DNA from: a virus
Virus record (IMG/VR): IMGVR_UViG_3300037502_000580
Coordinates: 23,452-87,451 of that record
Reading direction: 5' to 3' (one strand)
DNA length: 64,000 bases
Below, in pieces: positions 25,515-35,400 of this stretch (positions are counted from its first letter, which is position 1; each line of letters starts with the position of its first letter). A model generated the notes under the pieces. That model worked only from the letters and a program-made list of their open reading frames with translations, was not told where the DNA came from and did no database searches. Both the position numbers and the translations under genes were made by a program.

Positions 25515-25873
25515 TGAAATCTGAGAACGAGAAGAAAACAGAAGACAAGCGCTCTAGCCGTACTAAGTGGTTAGATTCGCTACCAGATAACGCCATGACG
25601 AAAGCTTCCCGTGCAATAAGTCGGGCTGGAGACGCTGTTGGTTTTACTCAGGAAGAGCAATACAAGGACAAGAAGTACCAAGTGCCTGAGAAGAAAGCCA
25701 AGGGTGGGTGGATCCAGAAGGCTATTAAGAAGCCCGGTGCGCTACGGTCTTCCCTTGGTGTTAAGAAGGGTGAGAAGATCCCTGCCGGTAAACTCGCCGC
25801 CGCTGCTAAGAAACCTGGCAAGATGGGGCAACGTGCCCGTCTGGCACAGACCCTAAAGAAGTTAGGAAAGTAA
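25514..25873 (+). CDS. Basic protein (WIQKAIKKPGALR...RARLAQTLKK)
   Basis: Recurrent small phage protein motif. Confidence 0.7.
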   Translation: MKSENEKKTEDKRSSRTKWLDSLPDNAMTKASRAISRAGDAVGFTQEEQYKDKKYQVPEKKAKGGWIQKAIKKPGALRSSLGVKKGEKIPAGKLAAAAKKPGKMGQRARLAQTLKKLGK

Positions 25874-25874
25874 G

Positions 25875-26588
25875 ATGACCACTTCTGGCACCGCAACATT
25901 TAACCTAGATCTCAATGACCTCATAGAAGAGGCATTTGAGCGTTGCGGCCTTGAAGTTCGTACAGGCTATGAGCATCGTACGGCTAGGCGGTCTTTGAAC
26001 CTTCTGACTGTAGAGTGGGCTAACCGGGGCATCAACCTCTGGACGATTGAAGAGGGGTCGATAACTCTTAGTCAGAACGTAGCTACCTACCCACTGCCCG
26101 TAGATACGATTGACCTTCTGGAGCATGTGATCCGTACAGACCCGGCAACATCGAATCAGACCGATATCAACATCAGTCGTATTAGTGTTTCTACCTACTC
26201 AACCATTCCAAATAAGACCGCGACGGGGCGTCCGATCCAGGTTTACGTGGATAGGAAGAGCGGAGCTACTACCCCTACTGGCGTGCAGAACCCAACGATA
26301 ACGGTTTGGCCTGTTCCAGAACCCGGTTCTGCCTATACGTTCGTCTATTGGCGTATGCGTAGGATTCAGGACTCTGGGGGCGGTACAAACACCCAAGATA
26401 TACCGTTCCGTCTTCTACCCTGTTTGGTTGCTGGGTTGGCTTATTACCTATCGCTAAAGATCCCCGACGCGGTTAGTCGCATTGATATGTTAAAAGCAGC
26501 GTACGAAGAGCAATGGCTCTTTGCGTCTGGCGAAGACCGTGAGAAGGCTTCTGTGAGATTCGTGCCACGGGACATCTTCTATGCCTAA
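25875..26588 (+). CDS. Head-tail adaptor-like protein
   Basis: DLIEEAFERCG...ARRSLN...WPVP...GLAYYL; position. Confidence 0.7.
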   Translation: MTTSGTATFNLDLNDLIEEAFERCGLEVRTGYEHRTARRSLNLLTVEWANRGINLWTIEEGSITLSQNVATYPLPVDTIDLLEHVIRTDPATSNQTDINISRISVSTYSTIPNKTATGRPIQVYVDRKSGATTPTGVQNPTITVWPVPEPGSAYTFVYWRMRRIQDSGGGTNTQDIPFRLLPCLVAGLAYYLSLKIPDAVSRIDMLKAAYEEQWLFASGEDREKASVRFVPRDIFYA

Positions 26589-27012
26589 CAAGTTTGCCTC
26601 AGGCAAGTATGCGATCTCGCAGTGCGACAGGTGCAACTTCAGGTACCCCCTGAAGGCGCTGAAAAAGCTCGTCATTAAGACGAAAAACGTCAACCTGCTT
26701 GTTTGCCCTGAGTGCTGGGAACCTGATCAGCCGCAGTTACAGCTTGGTCTTTATCCCGTAAATGACCCACAGGCTATTAGAAACCCCCGCCCAGATAGCC
26801 CAAGTTACTTGGTTTCTGGCGTAAATGGTCTTCAGACCAACCCTGCTGGCGGCACTGGGCAGGATGGGTTTGGTTTACCCGAAGGCGGTAGTAGAATTAT
26901 TCAATGGGGGTGGGCACCCGTTGGCGGCGGTAGGTTGAATGACATTGGTTTGACGCCCAATAATCTAGCGCTGGGTATAGCGCTCGGTTCAGTTACTGTA
27001 ACTACTACATAG
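26581..27012 (+). CDS. Zinc-finger virion-region protein
   Basis: CDRC...VCPECWE.D.PQ...DPQAIRNPRPD. Confidence 0.7.
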   Translation: MPNKFASGKYAISQCDRCNFRYPLKALKKLVIKTKNVNLLVCPECWEPDQPQLQLGLYPVNDPQAIRNPRPDSPSYLVSGVNGLQTNPAGGTGQDGFGLPEGGSRIIQWGWAPVGGGRLNDIGLTPNNLALGIALGSVTVTTT

Positions 27013-27021
27013 GAGTTCAAA

Positions 27022-27222
27022 ATGGCGCACCCAGATGTAGCAAAAGACAAGAGCGTGGTTAAAAAAGCCGTGCATAAGCACGAAAAAACTATGCACCCCG
27101 GAAAACCGTTAACCAAGTTGAAAAAAGGCGGCGTGCCTATGATGGAGTCCAAGCTAGAGGGTCGCATGGGCAAAGGCATGGCTAAAGTAATGATGCAAAA
27201 GAAAGCCGGAAGGGGCCGATAA
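27022..27222 (+). CDS. Small basic protein
   Basis: AVHKHEKTMHPGKPLTKLKKGG; AGGAG RBS. Confidence 0.7.
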   Translation: MAHPDVAKDKSVVKKAVHKHEKTMHPGKPLTKLKKGGVPMMESKLEGRMGKGMAKVMMQKKAGRGR

Positions 27223-27365
27223 TGCAATACAATCAACCAAAACCTTGCCCGATCCCGCCCAATAATATGGGCTACCCAAATAACGTGCCGAACACTCAGA
27301 CCATGAAAACTCGTGGTACGGGCGCGGCTACTAAAGGTACTAACTCGTCTAAGAAGATGGGCTAA
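27222..27365 (+). CDS. 47-aa protein (not in ORF track)
   Basis: Hand translation MQYNQPKPCP...KTRGTGAATKGTNSSKKMG; TAATG overlap; fills the gap. Confidence 0.7.
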   Translation: MQYNQPKPCPIPPNNMGYPNNVPNTQTMKTRGTGAATKGTNSSKKMG

Positions 27366-28082
27366 ATGAACTACGCTGCTCTGTTTGAGACGATCAAGGG
27401 GTATGTCGAGAATGACTTCCCCAGCACTCAGTACTCGGATTCGTCTGGGAACTTAGTTAACTATACGTCTAAAGAACAGATTGATACGTTCATTCAGCAA
27501 GCTGAGCAGCGGATCTATAACAGCGTTCAGTTCCCGTCGATACGTAAAAATGTGACGGGGGTTACTTACGCTACAAATCCGTATCTCTCATCGCCCATAG
27601 ACTTCTTAGCGGTTTATTCTCTTGCTGTCATTGATGGTAACGGCAACTACGAGTACCTGCTTAACAAAGACGTTAACTATTTACGGGCTGCGTATCCAAA
27701 TCCAAACAGCACGGGCATACCTAAGTACTACGCTTTGTTTGGGCCTACGACGACTAATGGCAACCCGCCAGCTATTACCAATGAGTTGAGCTTCATGTTG
27801 GCTCCCACACCGAACGCTGTTTATAACGTAGAACTTCATTATTACTACTACCCCGAGTCAATTGTTACGGCAGGCACGACATGGCTTGGTGATAACTTTG
27901 ACTCTGCGCTTCTTTACGGCGCACTGATTGAGGCGTACACCTTTATGAAGGGTGAGGCTGACGTTATTGCTGGATACAACAAGCGCTATGAAGAGGCCAT
28001 GATTTTGGCTAAACGTCTTGGTGATGGTATGGAACGTAGAGACGCATACCGATCTGGTCAGATCAGATTGTCGGTGAACTAA
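27366..28082 (+). CDS. Second adaptor/tail-tube-like protein
   Basis: MNYAAL...FIQQAEQRI...G.PKYY...APTP...LLYGALIEA. Confidence 0.7.
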   Translation: MNYAALFETIKGYVENDFPSTQYSDSSGNLVNYTSKEQIDTFIQQAEQRIYNSVQFPSIRKNVTGVTYATNPYLSSPIDFLAVYSLAVIDGNGNYEYLLNKDVNYLRAAYPNPNSTGIPKYYALFGPTTTNGNPPAITNELSFMLAPTPNAVYNVELHYYYYPESIVTAGTTWLGDNFDSALLYGALIEAYTFMKGEADVIAGYNKRYEEAMILAKRLGDGMERRDAYRSGQIRLSVN

Positions 28083-28493
28083 ATGGCCTTCACGGGGAAC
28101 TTTACTTGCAACTCTTTTAAAAACGGTCTGTTAGAAGGTGCGTTTAACTTTGACTCAGGCACGTTCAGAATTGCGCTGTACACCAACAATGCAACGTTAA
28201 ACGAGGACACTACCGAGTACACAACAACCGGTGAGGTTGTTGCCGCAGGATATACAGCAGGTGGGATAGTATTGACGCCCACACAAGGAATTACAGGCGG
28301 GACGTCGTTTGTTTCGTTTGCAACAGTGTCGTGGTCTGGGGCTTTTACTGCACGGGGTGCCTTGATCTATAAGGCGGGTAGCAATGGGGCGGTTTGTGTT
28401 TTAGACTTTGGGGCAAATAAGACGTCTACCACGACATTCACGGTGACATTCCCATCAGCATCCAGCACGGATGCTTTAATTCGACTTTCGTAA
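28083..28493 (+). CDS. Small beta-sandwich virion/fibre protein
   Basis: NSFK..LL.G...FRIALY...GYTAGG..L motif. Confidence 0.7.
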   Translation: MAFTGNFTCNSFKNGLLEGAFNFDSGTFRIALYTNNATLNEDTTEYTTTGEVVAAGYTAGGIVLTPTQGITGGTSFVSFATVSWSGAFTARGALIYKAGSNGAVCVLDFGANKTSTTTFTVTFPSASSTDALIRLS

Positions 28494-28501
28494 AGGAGTT
28501 T

Positions 28502-29080
28502 ATGATGCAAGTTAAGGCCAAAAGCACCGATCTGGTAAACGGAACGGTCACGACAAATCAAGGTTTTGGTGAAGGCGCTGCTGGTGGTGGCGTGTTTCAT
28601 TTCAAGTGCTATGACAAAGATGGCAACCTGAAATGGGAAGATTCTGCTAAGAACCTAGTGGTAAACGCTGGTTTGCAGGATATGAACACCAAGTACTTTA
28701 CAGGCTCTAGCTACACTGCCGCTTGGTATATCGGTCTTGTCAATGATGCTGGTTTTACGGCTTATGCGGCTGGAGATACTCTGTCTTCGCACACTGGCTG
28801 GGTTGAAACCACATCGTATTCTGGTGGCAATCGAGCCACAGCCACTTTCGGCACGGCTACTACTGCCGATCCTTCGGTAATTAGCAATTCCGCTTCTCCT
28901 GGTGCGTTCAGCATTACTGGTACGGTAACGGTTCGTGGCGCATTTTTGTGTAACGTTCAGAGCAATACTAACAATACCGGACTTCTTTTTTCTGTGTCTG
29001 ATTTCACTGGCGGCAATCGATCTGTTGTTAACGGCGACACGTTGAATGTGACTTACACATTTAACCTTGATGCAGCTTAA
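28502..29080 (+). CDS. Beta-rich virion/fibre protein
   Basis: KNLVVNAG...WYIGL...GDTLNVTY. Confidence 0.7.
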   Translation: MMQVKAKSTDLVNGTVTTNQGFGEGAAGGGVFHFKCYDKDGNLKWEDSAKNLVVNAGLQDMNTKYFTGSSYTAAWYIGLVNDAGFTAYAAGDTLSSHTGWVETTSYSGGNRATATFGTATTADPSVISNSASPGAFSITGTVTVRGAFLCNVQSNTNNTGLLFSVSDFTGGNRSVVNGDTLNVTYTFNLDAA

Positions 29081-29090
29081 GGAGTAAAAC

Positions 29091-29270
29091 ATGGCAACAA
29101 TGTTTACTAAAAATCAAACTGTACGTCTTAAGTCTGTAACCCCAGAAGGTGCAGTAGAAGCCTTACGTATGGATGAAGATGGTACGGTTTTTTATCGTAT
29201 CTCTTGGACTGATGCTACAGGCGCTACGCATACACGGTGGTTTGCTGAGTCCGAGTTAGAAGCTGCTTAG
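29091..29270 (+). CDS. 59-aa SH3-like protein (not in ORF track)
   Basis: Hand translation MATMFTKNQTVRLK...YRISWTDATGATHTRWFAESELEAA; AAGGAG RBS. Confidence 0.75.
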   Translation: MATMFTKNQTVRLKSVTPEGAVEALRMDEDGTVFYRISWTDATGATHTRWFAESELEAA

Positions 29271-29279
29271 AGGTAATGC

Positions 29280-30662
29280 TTGTTTGGCTACGCTACCTTT
29301 GCTGAGACTCCATTTGCATCCGCAGCAGGCAGTGCTTATGGAGTTTTCATTTCTGAGTCTGTTACTGGCACAGACACAGTAGCGGCTGTACTTAGCCGTG
29401 TAGGGCTTATAAGCGAAACAACAACGGCTTCTGTTTCTGATAGCGCTGTTTTATCTGCTGTCGCTTTTGTACTAGAAACAGCGGTTTCATCTGACTCAAT
29501 TGCAAGTCTTCTTACTATTCCCGTGGATGTGGCTGAAACCACGGTCGCACTTGATGCATTTGATGGTTTTGTAACATTTCAAGTTTCGTTATCGGAAACT
29601 ATTTCAATAGCTGATACTACAGATGCAACACCAGCATTTTTAGATTTTATTGTTGAGAATGTTACAGGGGCAGAAACAACGACTGTCTCGTTGGTTCGTG
29701 TAGGTGATGTCTCTGAGACGGTAACTGCTACTGATACATTTGTTTCTATTGCTGTAGTCAACTCTGCAGTAGCGGAGACCGTTGTTGGGTCTGATGCTGT
29801 TAATTCGTTAGTTGTATTTAATTCGTCTTTTGCCGACACAGTTACTGCCGCAGAACAAACTAACGCTATCCTCATAGCAGCGGCAGACATTTCAGAAACC
29901 AGCACCGGGGCAGATAGCGTTACTGTTGTTGCTACACGGATTGGCAACATTGCAGAAACAACTGTAGCTTCTGATTCTGTTGCATCGGTTTTAACTGCCG
30001 TAGTATCGGTGGCGGAAACTGTTACTGGTGCTGATACAACAGACTCTTTAATCGTTATTACTTCGGCGGTCACTGAATCTGCAACCATCACAGAGCAAAA
30101 TACGTCGGTTCTTGTCACTGTTGTAGAAGTTCAAGAAAGCATGGCGGTTGATGACACGGTTTCTGTAACGGCTACTCGTTTAGGTGTAATAAATGAAAGC
30201 GCTTTAGGTACTGCAACTTTTGCATCCAGACTAACTACTTCTGGTGCTATATCAGAAACTGTAACGGGAACAGACACCTTTGCCGGTGTACGGGTGCGTG
30301 TTGGCAGTGTCTTAGAGACGGGTACGGTTTCAGAAACAATGGCGGCAAAAATAACGCTTGTTCTAAGCATCTCAGAAACAACGACCGCTACGACATCGAT
30401 TACATCTGTGTTGAACGCTGTTGCTACAGTTTCAGAAACTGTAGATGTTAGTGCTGCACCTAACGCTGCCGGAATCTTTACTTCTCAAATTACTGAGCTT
30501 GTGCAGATCAGTGACTCAATTAATAGACGTCTATTATGGGAGATCATTGACACTTACGAAGTCTCCAACTGGGCAAACATCAATACGTATACGGCGTCTC
30601 CATGGGTAAATATAAATACCAACACGCCAAATACGTGGCAAAACATCAAGACCGTAAATTAA
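29280..30662 (+). CDS. 20-residue tandem-repeat fibre-like protein
   Basis: About 20 repeats of [VI]xE[TS]xxxx[DE] with 20-aa period; C-terminal WxNIxT repeats. Confidence 0.8.
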   Translation: MFGYATFAETPFASAAGSAYGVFISESVTGTDTVAAVLSRVGLISETTTASVSDSAVLSAVAFVLETAVSSDSIASLLTIPVDVAETTVALDAFDGFVTFQVSLSETISIADTTDATPAFLDFIVENVTGAETTTVSLVRVGDVSETVTATDTFVSIAVVNSAVAETVVGSDAVNSLVVFNSSFADTVTAAEQTNAILIAAADISETSTGADSVTVVATRIGNIAETTVASDSVASVLTAVVSVAETVTGADTTDSLIVITSAVTESATITEQNTSVLVTVVEVQESMAVDDTVSVTATRLGVINESALGTATFASRLTTSGAISETVTGTDTFAGVRVRVGSVLETGTVSETMAAKITLVLSISETTTATTSITSVLNAVATVSETVDVSAAPNAAGIFTSQITELVQISDSINRRLLWEIIDTYEVSNWANINTYTASPWVNINTNTPNTWQNIKTVN

Positions 30663-30672
30663 GGGGTACCGT

Positions 30673-32220
30673 ATGGCACTTGTAGTCAAAGACAGAGTTA
30701 AAGAAACTACGACCACGACTGGTACCGGCACATACACGCTTGCAGGTGCGGTGACAGGTTTCCAGTCTTTTGGTGTTATTGGTGACGGCAACACAACGTA
30801 CTATGCAGCTACGAACGGTGTTGACTGGGAAGTTGGCGTAGGTACCTATACTTCTTCTGGTACTACGTTAGCCAGAACCACAATTCTTGAGTCTTCAAAC
30901 GCTGGTAGTGCGGTTAACTGGGGTGCTGGTACTAAAGACATTTTCGTAACCTACCCCGCTGAACGAGCTGTCTATTTAAACGCAGCAGGATTGTCTGTTG
31001 ATGTTCTTGATATTGGTACCCTTGGTGCTGGCACGATAAATGTCACTACAGCAAATATTACGGCTGGTACGGTTAGCACGACTCCAACCAGCAATACAGA
31101 CCTAGTTAATAAACAGTATGTCGATGCGCTGATTGCTTCTGGTATTCACTATCACCAGCCTGTACGGGTAGAGTCCCCAATTAACCTCAATGCCACATAC
31201 AATAATGGCACATCTGGTGTAGGTGCTACGCTTACCAATGCGGGTACTCAAGCGGCTCTGGTTATTGATGGTGTGACGGTCAGTGTAAACGACCGGGTTC
31301 TGGTATATCAGCAGACAACACAGACACAGAACGGCATTTACACGGTCACTAACGTAGGTTCTGGCTCAACAAACTGGGTATTAACCCGTGCTACAGACGC
31401 AGATACATACGTCTTTGACAGTCCAAATGGACTAAGCGAAGGCTCTACGGTCTTTGTTCAAGAAGGTGCTACGGGGGCTGGTGAGACCTATACGTGTAAT
31501 ACGGTAGGCACGATCACGTTTGGTACGACCAACATCACGTTTACACAGATCAGCAGCGCTCAGATCTATAGTGCTGGTACAGGGTTAACCCTAACAGGTA
31601 CGCAGTTCAGTCTTTCTAATGTTGGTACGGCGGGTACGTATGGTTCTGCCTCGCAAGTTCCGGTCTTTGTTACAAACGCTCAAGGCCAGGTTACCAGCGT
31701 CACAGACACTAGCATTGCCATCAGCACCACTCAGATTACGTCTGGCATTTTGCCAAGTGCCAACGGCGGTACTAACAATGCTTTTTTCCAAGTCAGTGGC
31801 CCGACAACATCCGTAAAAACATACACATTTGCCGATGCGAATATGACGATTGTCGGCACGACCGACACCCAGACGCTCACAAACAAGCGTGTCACCCCTC
31901 GTATCGGTACGGTAGCCAGCAGCGCCACAATCACGCCTACAGGCGATGACAGCGATCAGTACAACGTCACGGCTTTGGCGACACCGGCAACGATTGCTGC
32001 GCCCTCTGGCACCCCTACCAACGGACAAAAATTGATCTTACGCATCAAGGATGACGGTACGGCTCGGGCGCTTACCTGGACAACAACGTCTGGGGCATAT
32101 AGGGCAGTCAGTGTGTCGCTACCGACCACAACTGTAATTTCTAAAGTACTCTACGTAGGTTGCGTGTATAACGCTCAAGACACGTTCTGGGATGTAGTTG
32201 CAGTTGCACAACAAGCATAA
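30673..32220 (+). CDS. Tail/head fibre protein
   Basis: MALVVKDRVKETT N-terminus; NKQYVD, DRVLV..Q..NGIY fibre motifs. Confidence 0.8.
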   Translation: MALVVKDRVKETTTTTGTGTYTLAGAVTGFQSFGVIGDGNTTYYAATNGVDWEVGVGTYTSSGTTLARTTILESSNAGSAVNWGAGTKDIFVTYPAERAVYLNAAGLSVDVLDIGTLGAGTINVTTANITAGTVSTTPTSNTDLVNKQYVDALIASGIHYHQPVRVESPINLNATYNNGTSGVGATLTNAGTQAALVIDGVTVSVNDRVLVYQQTTQTQNGIYTVTNVGSGSTNWVLTRATDADTYVFDSPNGLSEGSTVFVQEGATGAGETYTCNTVGTITFGTTNITFTQISSAQIYSAGTGLTLTGTQFSLSNVGTAGTYGSASQVPVFVTNAQGQVTSVTDTSIAISTTQITSGILPSANGGTNNAFFQVSGPTTSVKTYTFADANMTIVGTTDTQTLTNKRVTPRIGTVASSATITPTGDDSDQYNVTALATPATIAAPSGTPTNGQKLILRIKDDGTARALTWTTTSGAYRAVSVSLPTTTVISKVLYVGCVYNAQDTFWDVVAVAQQA

Positions 32221-32229
32221 GGAGAAAGT

Positions 32230-32460
32230 ATGGCTCAGGAAATGATTAAGATAGATTTCGTTATGGATAACGGCGTCCACAGTTTTTCTGATGCGTTGCA
32301 TCTACCCGCCAATCACACATATACAGAAGAAGAAATTCAAGCTATGAAGCAAGCTAGGTTTGACAACTGGTTAAAGGTTATTATGTCCCCACCGGTTGAA
32401 GTTTTTGAAACTATTAGCACACCTGAAGTAATTGACGTTGTTGACACCTCTGGTCAGTAA
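32230..32460 (+). CDS. Small fibre-associated protein
   Basis: DAL.LP...EI.AMKQARFDNW. Confidence 0.7.
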   Translation: MAQEMIKIDFVMDNGVHSFSDALHLPANHTYTEEEIQAMKQARFDNWLKVIMSPPVEVFETISTPEVIDVVDTSGQ

Positions 32461-32470
32461 GGAGCCTTAA

Positions 32471-35400
32471 ATGGCAGATAGGTATTGGGTAGGCGGTACA
32501 GGTACATGGGATGCCACTGTTGGCACTAAATGGGCCGCTACATCCGGCGGTGCAGGTGGTCAAACCGTTCCCACTTCTGCTGACAACGTTTTCTTTGATG
32601 CAAATTCAGGTGCAGTAACAGTTACTGTGTCTGGAAATCGTGTGTGTTTAACTCTTAATGCAACTGCATTTACAGGAACGATTACTGGTACGTCTACTCC
32701 AAGTCTAACTATCTATGGTAGTTTGCTTCTTGGTAGTGGTATGACATTTGATAGTACTTCCGGGCCAGATATTACATTTTTTGGAAGTGCTGGTGCCGCT
32801 ATTAATACAGGAGGTAAGGTACTTCGAGGAATCACTATACAAAAAACTTTTTATCTCCAACTTCAATCAGCGGTTACTTGTAATAGCAGTACTTTTTTAG
32901 TACAAGGTACTTTACAGTTACTTAATTACACATTTACCACGCCTGCTCTTTTTTCTAATTATACTAACACAAGAGGCATTGATTTTGGTTCCGGATCAAA
33001 TAGTAAGATTGTTTTTACTGGTAGCGGTGCTGTTTTTGGTCTGACTACAACAACTGGTTTTACACTTTCTGGAACGAGTAGTAGAACACTTGAATTTGCT
33101 TTACAAGCAAATCAAAGCTTAAATGCGGTGAGCAACACAACCCTATATCAATATGATATAGTAGTGCCATCAACAGCGGGTAATTTCACCTTTAGTTTAA
33201 ACATCAGCTCTCAGCTGACATATTATAGAAGTTTACGCTTTGAGAATGCCACATACACCGTAGCTTGGGCACCTAGTAATAATATTGTACAACTTTCTGG
33301 TAATTTATTTATTGGTGGCCCTAATGTTAGTTTTACAGGTCTAGGTACTGGGGGTTTACGTTTTGGTACAAATATTAGCGCAAGCATAACAACAAACGGC
33401 AATATAACTCCTTTTATATTGAGTATAGGCATTTCCGGGAATGCTAGTTCAGGAACTATAACCCTTGCAGATAGTTTAACAAATACTGCAACTGTTACAT
33501 TAAATGCTGGAACTTTAGCATTAAGCTCGTATACGCTAACAATGAGTAACTTTAGTTCTAGTAACACTACCACTAGATCCATATCTTTTGGTACTGGTAA
33601 GATTGTGATGTCTCAGGCACCCAGTACTGGGACTTATTGGAATACCACTACAGCTACTAACCTTACTCTAACTGGTAGCAAAGCAATAGAGTTTGTTCCC
33701 CCTAATTCTGGTATTACTGCAACTTATTCGGTTGGTACCGGTTTTAATGATACTAATGCACCAAACGGAACTATTGTTTCTGGTGGTACTGGAACTATAA
33801 GCCCTTTTGGTTCTTATGTAAATTTTACGGCAAAAGATTTTGGCTACACGGTTGCTGCTACTACTATTGGTGTTGCTGGAAATCTTTTAATTGAGGGTAC
33901 TAATCCAATTTTTAACAGTGGAGGTACCTTTTCTTTCTTTGGTACCGGTTCTGGTACGAACACTATAAACACAGGTGGAGAAACTACCACCTGGAACCTA
34001 AACTTTGTTCAGGCTATTACTAAAACCTATCGGTTTGACAGTGACTATATTTCAGCAGCGGGGAATACGACCACACTAACACTTACCACTGGTATTGTTT
34101 CTTTACAAAGTTACACTGTAAATATAAATAATTTTTCCTCTAATAACACTAATACACGGTCTATAAACTTTGGCACCGGTAAAATTGTTATAAATAACAA
34201 CAACATCGCCAGCAACACGATATGGAATATGACCAGCTCTTCCCTGTTTACAAGCAGTGGTAGTAGACTTGTGGAAGTGTTTGCCCCCACAGTTCCTGCT
34301 ACTAAAGATATGGTAATGGGAACAAACGTAGCTGAAGCTAATACTTTAAACGTATCAGTTGTTGCGAGTGGTACTGGGGGTCAGTTACGCATCCAGGGTC
34401 GAGTTAACAACCTTTCTTTTATAAACACCGCATACACCCTGGGTTTTGGCCCATCTGTTTACGGAAATATATTTTTCTCTGGTACCGGCCCTAGTGTTAC
34501 TGGTTTTTCTTTACAAACTATTGCAAGTTCAGGAACTAAGACAATCACAACAAACGGAGTTACTTTAGGCATTTTAACCATAAGTAATTCGATATCTGCG
34601 TCAACTCAGCTAATAGATGCTCTTACTACTGTTAGTAACCTTTCTCTTGACCAAGGCATATTGGATCTTCAATCCTATACTTTAACCGCCGCCACTTTTC
34701 AATCTAGTAATAGTAATGTTCGATCTGTAAATTTTGGAACCGGGAAAATTGTATTAACTAGCACGTTAACTGCGGGCGTTGTAGGTATGTATACCTCAAC
34801 CAATTTTACGTCCTCTGGCACACGTTTAATTGAGGCACTTACTGGTGGGTCAGGTGGCAGAACGTTAGCTTTTGGTACAGGCGTAACAGAAGCTAATACG
34901 CTAAATCTAAGTATTGTTCTAGGTGCAAGTCCAGGCGGTGGATCATTTCTTGTTACAGGGCGTATAAACAATTTCAACGCATCTGCTTCCGCTGTTATGG
35001 CGGTTAATTTTGATCCAGTAGTTTACGGAGATTTTTTCTTTGATTCTTCAGTGTTATTTAACGCTGGAGGTACATCAACCACTACGTTCGCAGCCACATC
35101 AGGTACTAAGAGCATCACCACTAGCGGCGTAACGATGCAGTGCGGCGTAGATTTTAACGGCGTTGGCGGAACCTGGCAGTTACAAAGTGCATTGACCGTC
35201 GGCACCGCCCATAGAATGACGTTGACTGCCGGTGCTGTAGACCTTAACGACTATTCCTGTTCGGTAGGTAGCTACACCCTAGCCTCAAACTCCAATGTCA
35301 AGAGCATCGACTTTGGTACAAGTGAGATCTTCATTACCGACAGCCTTGGGTATTCAATAAACGCTAATACAGCACTTAATATACCTTCTGCCGGATATAC

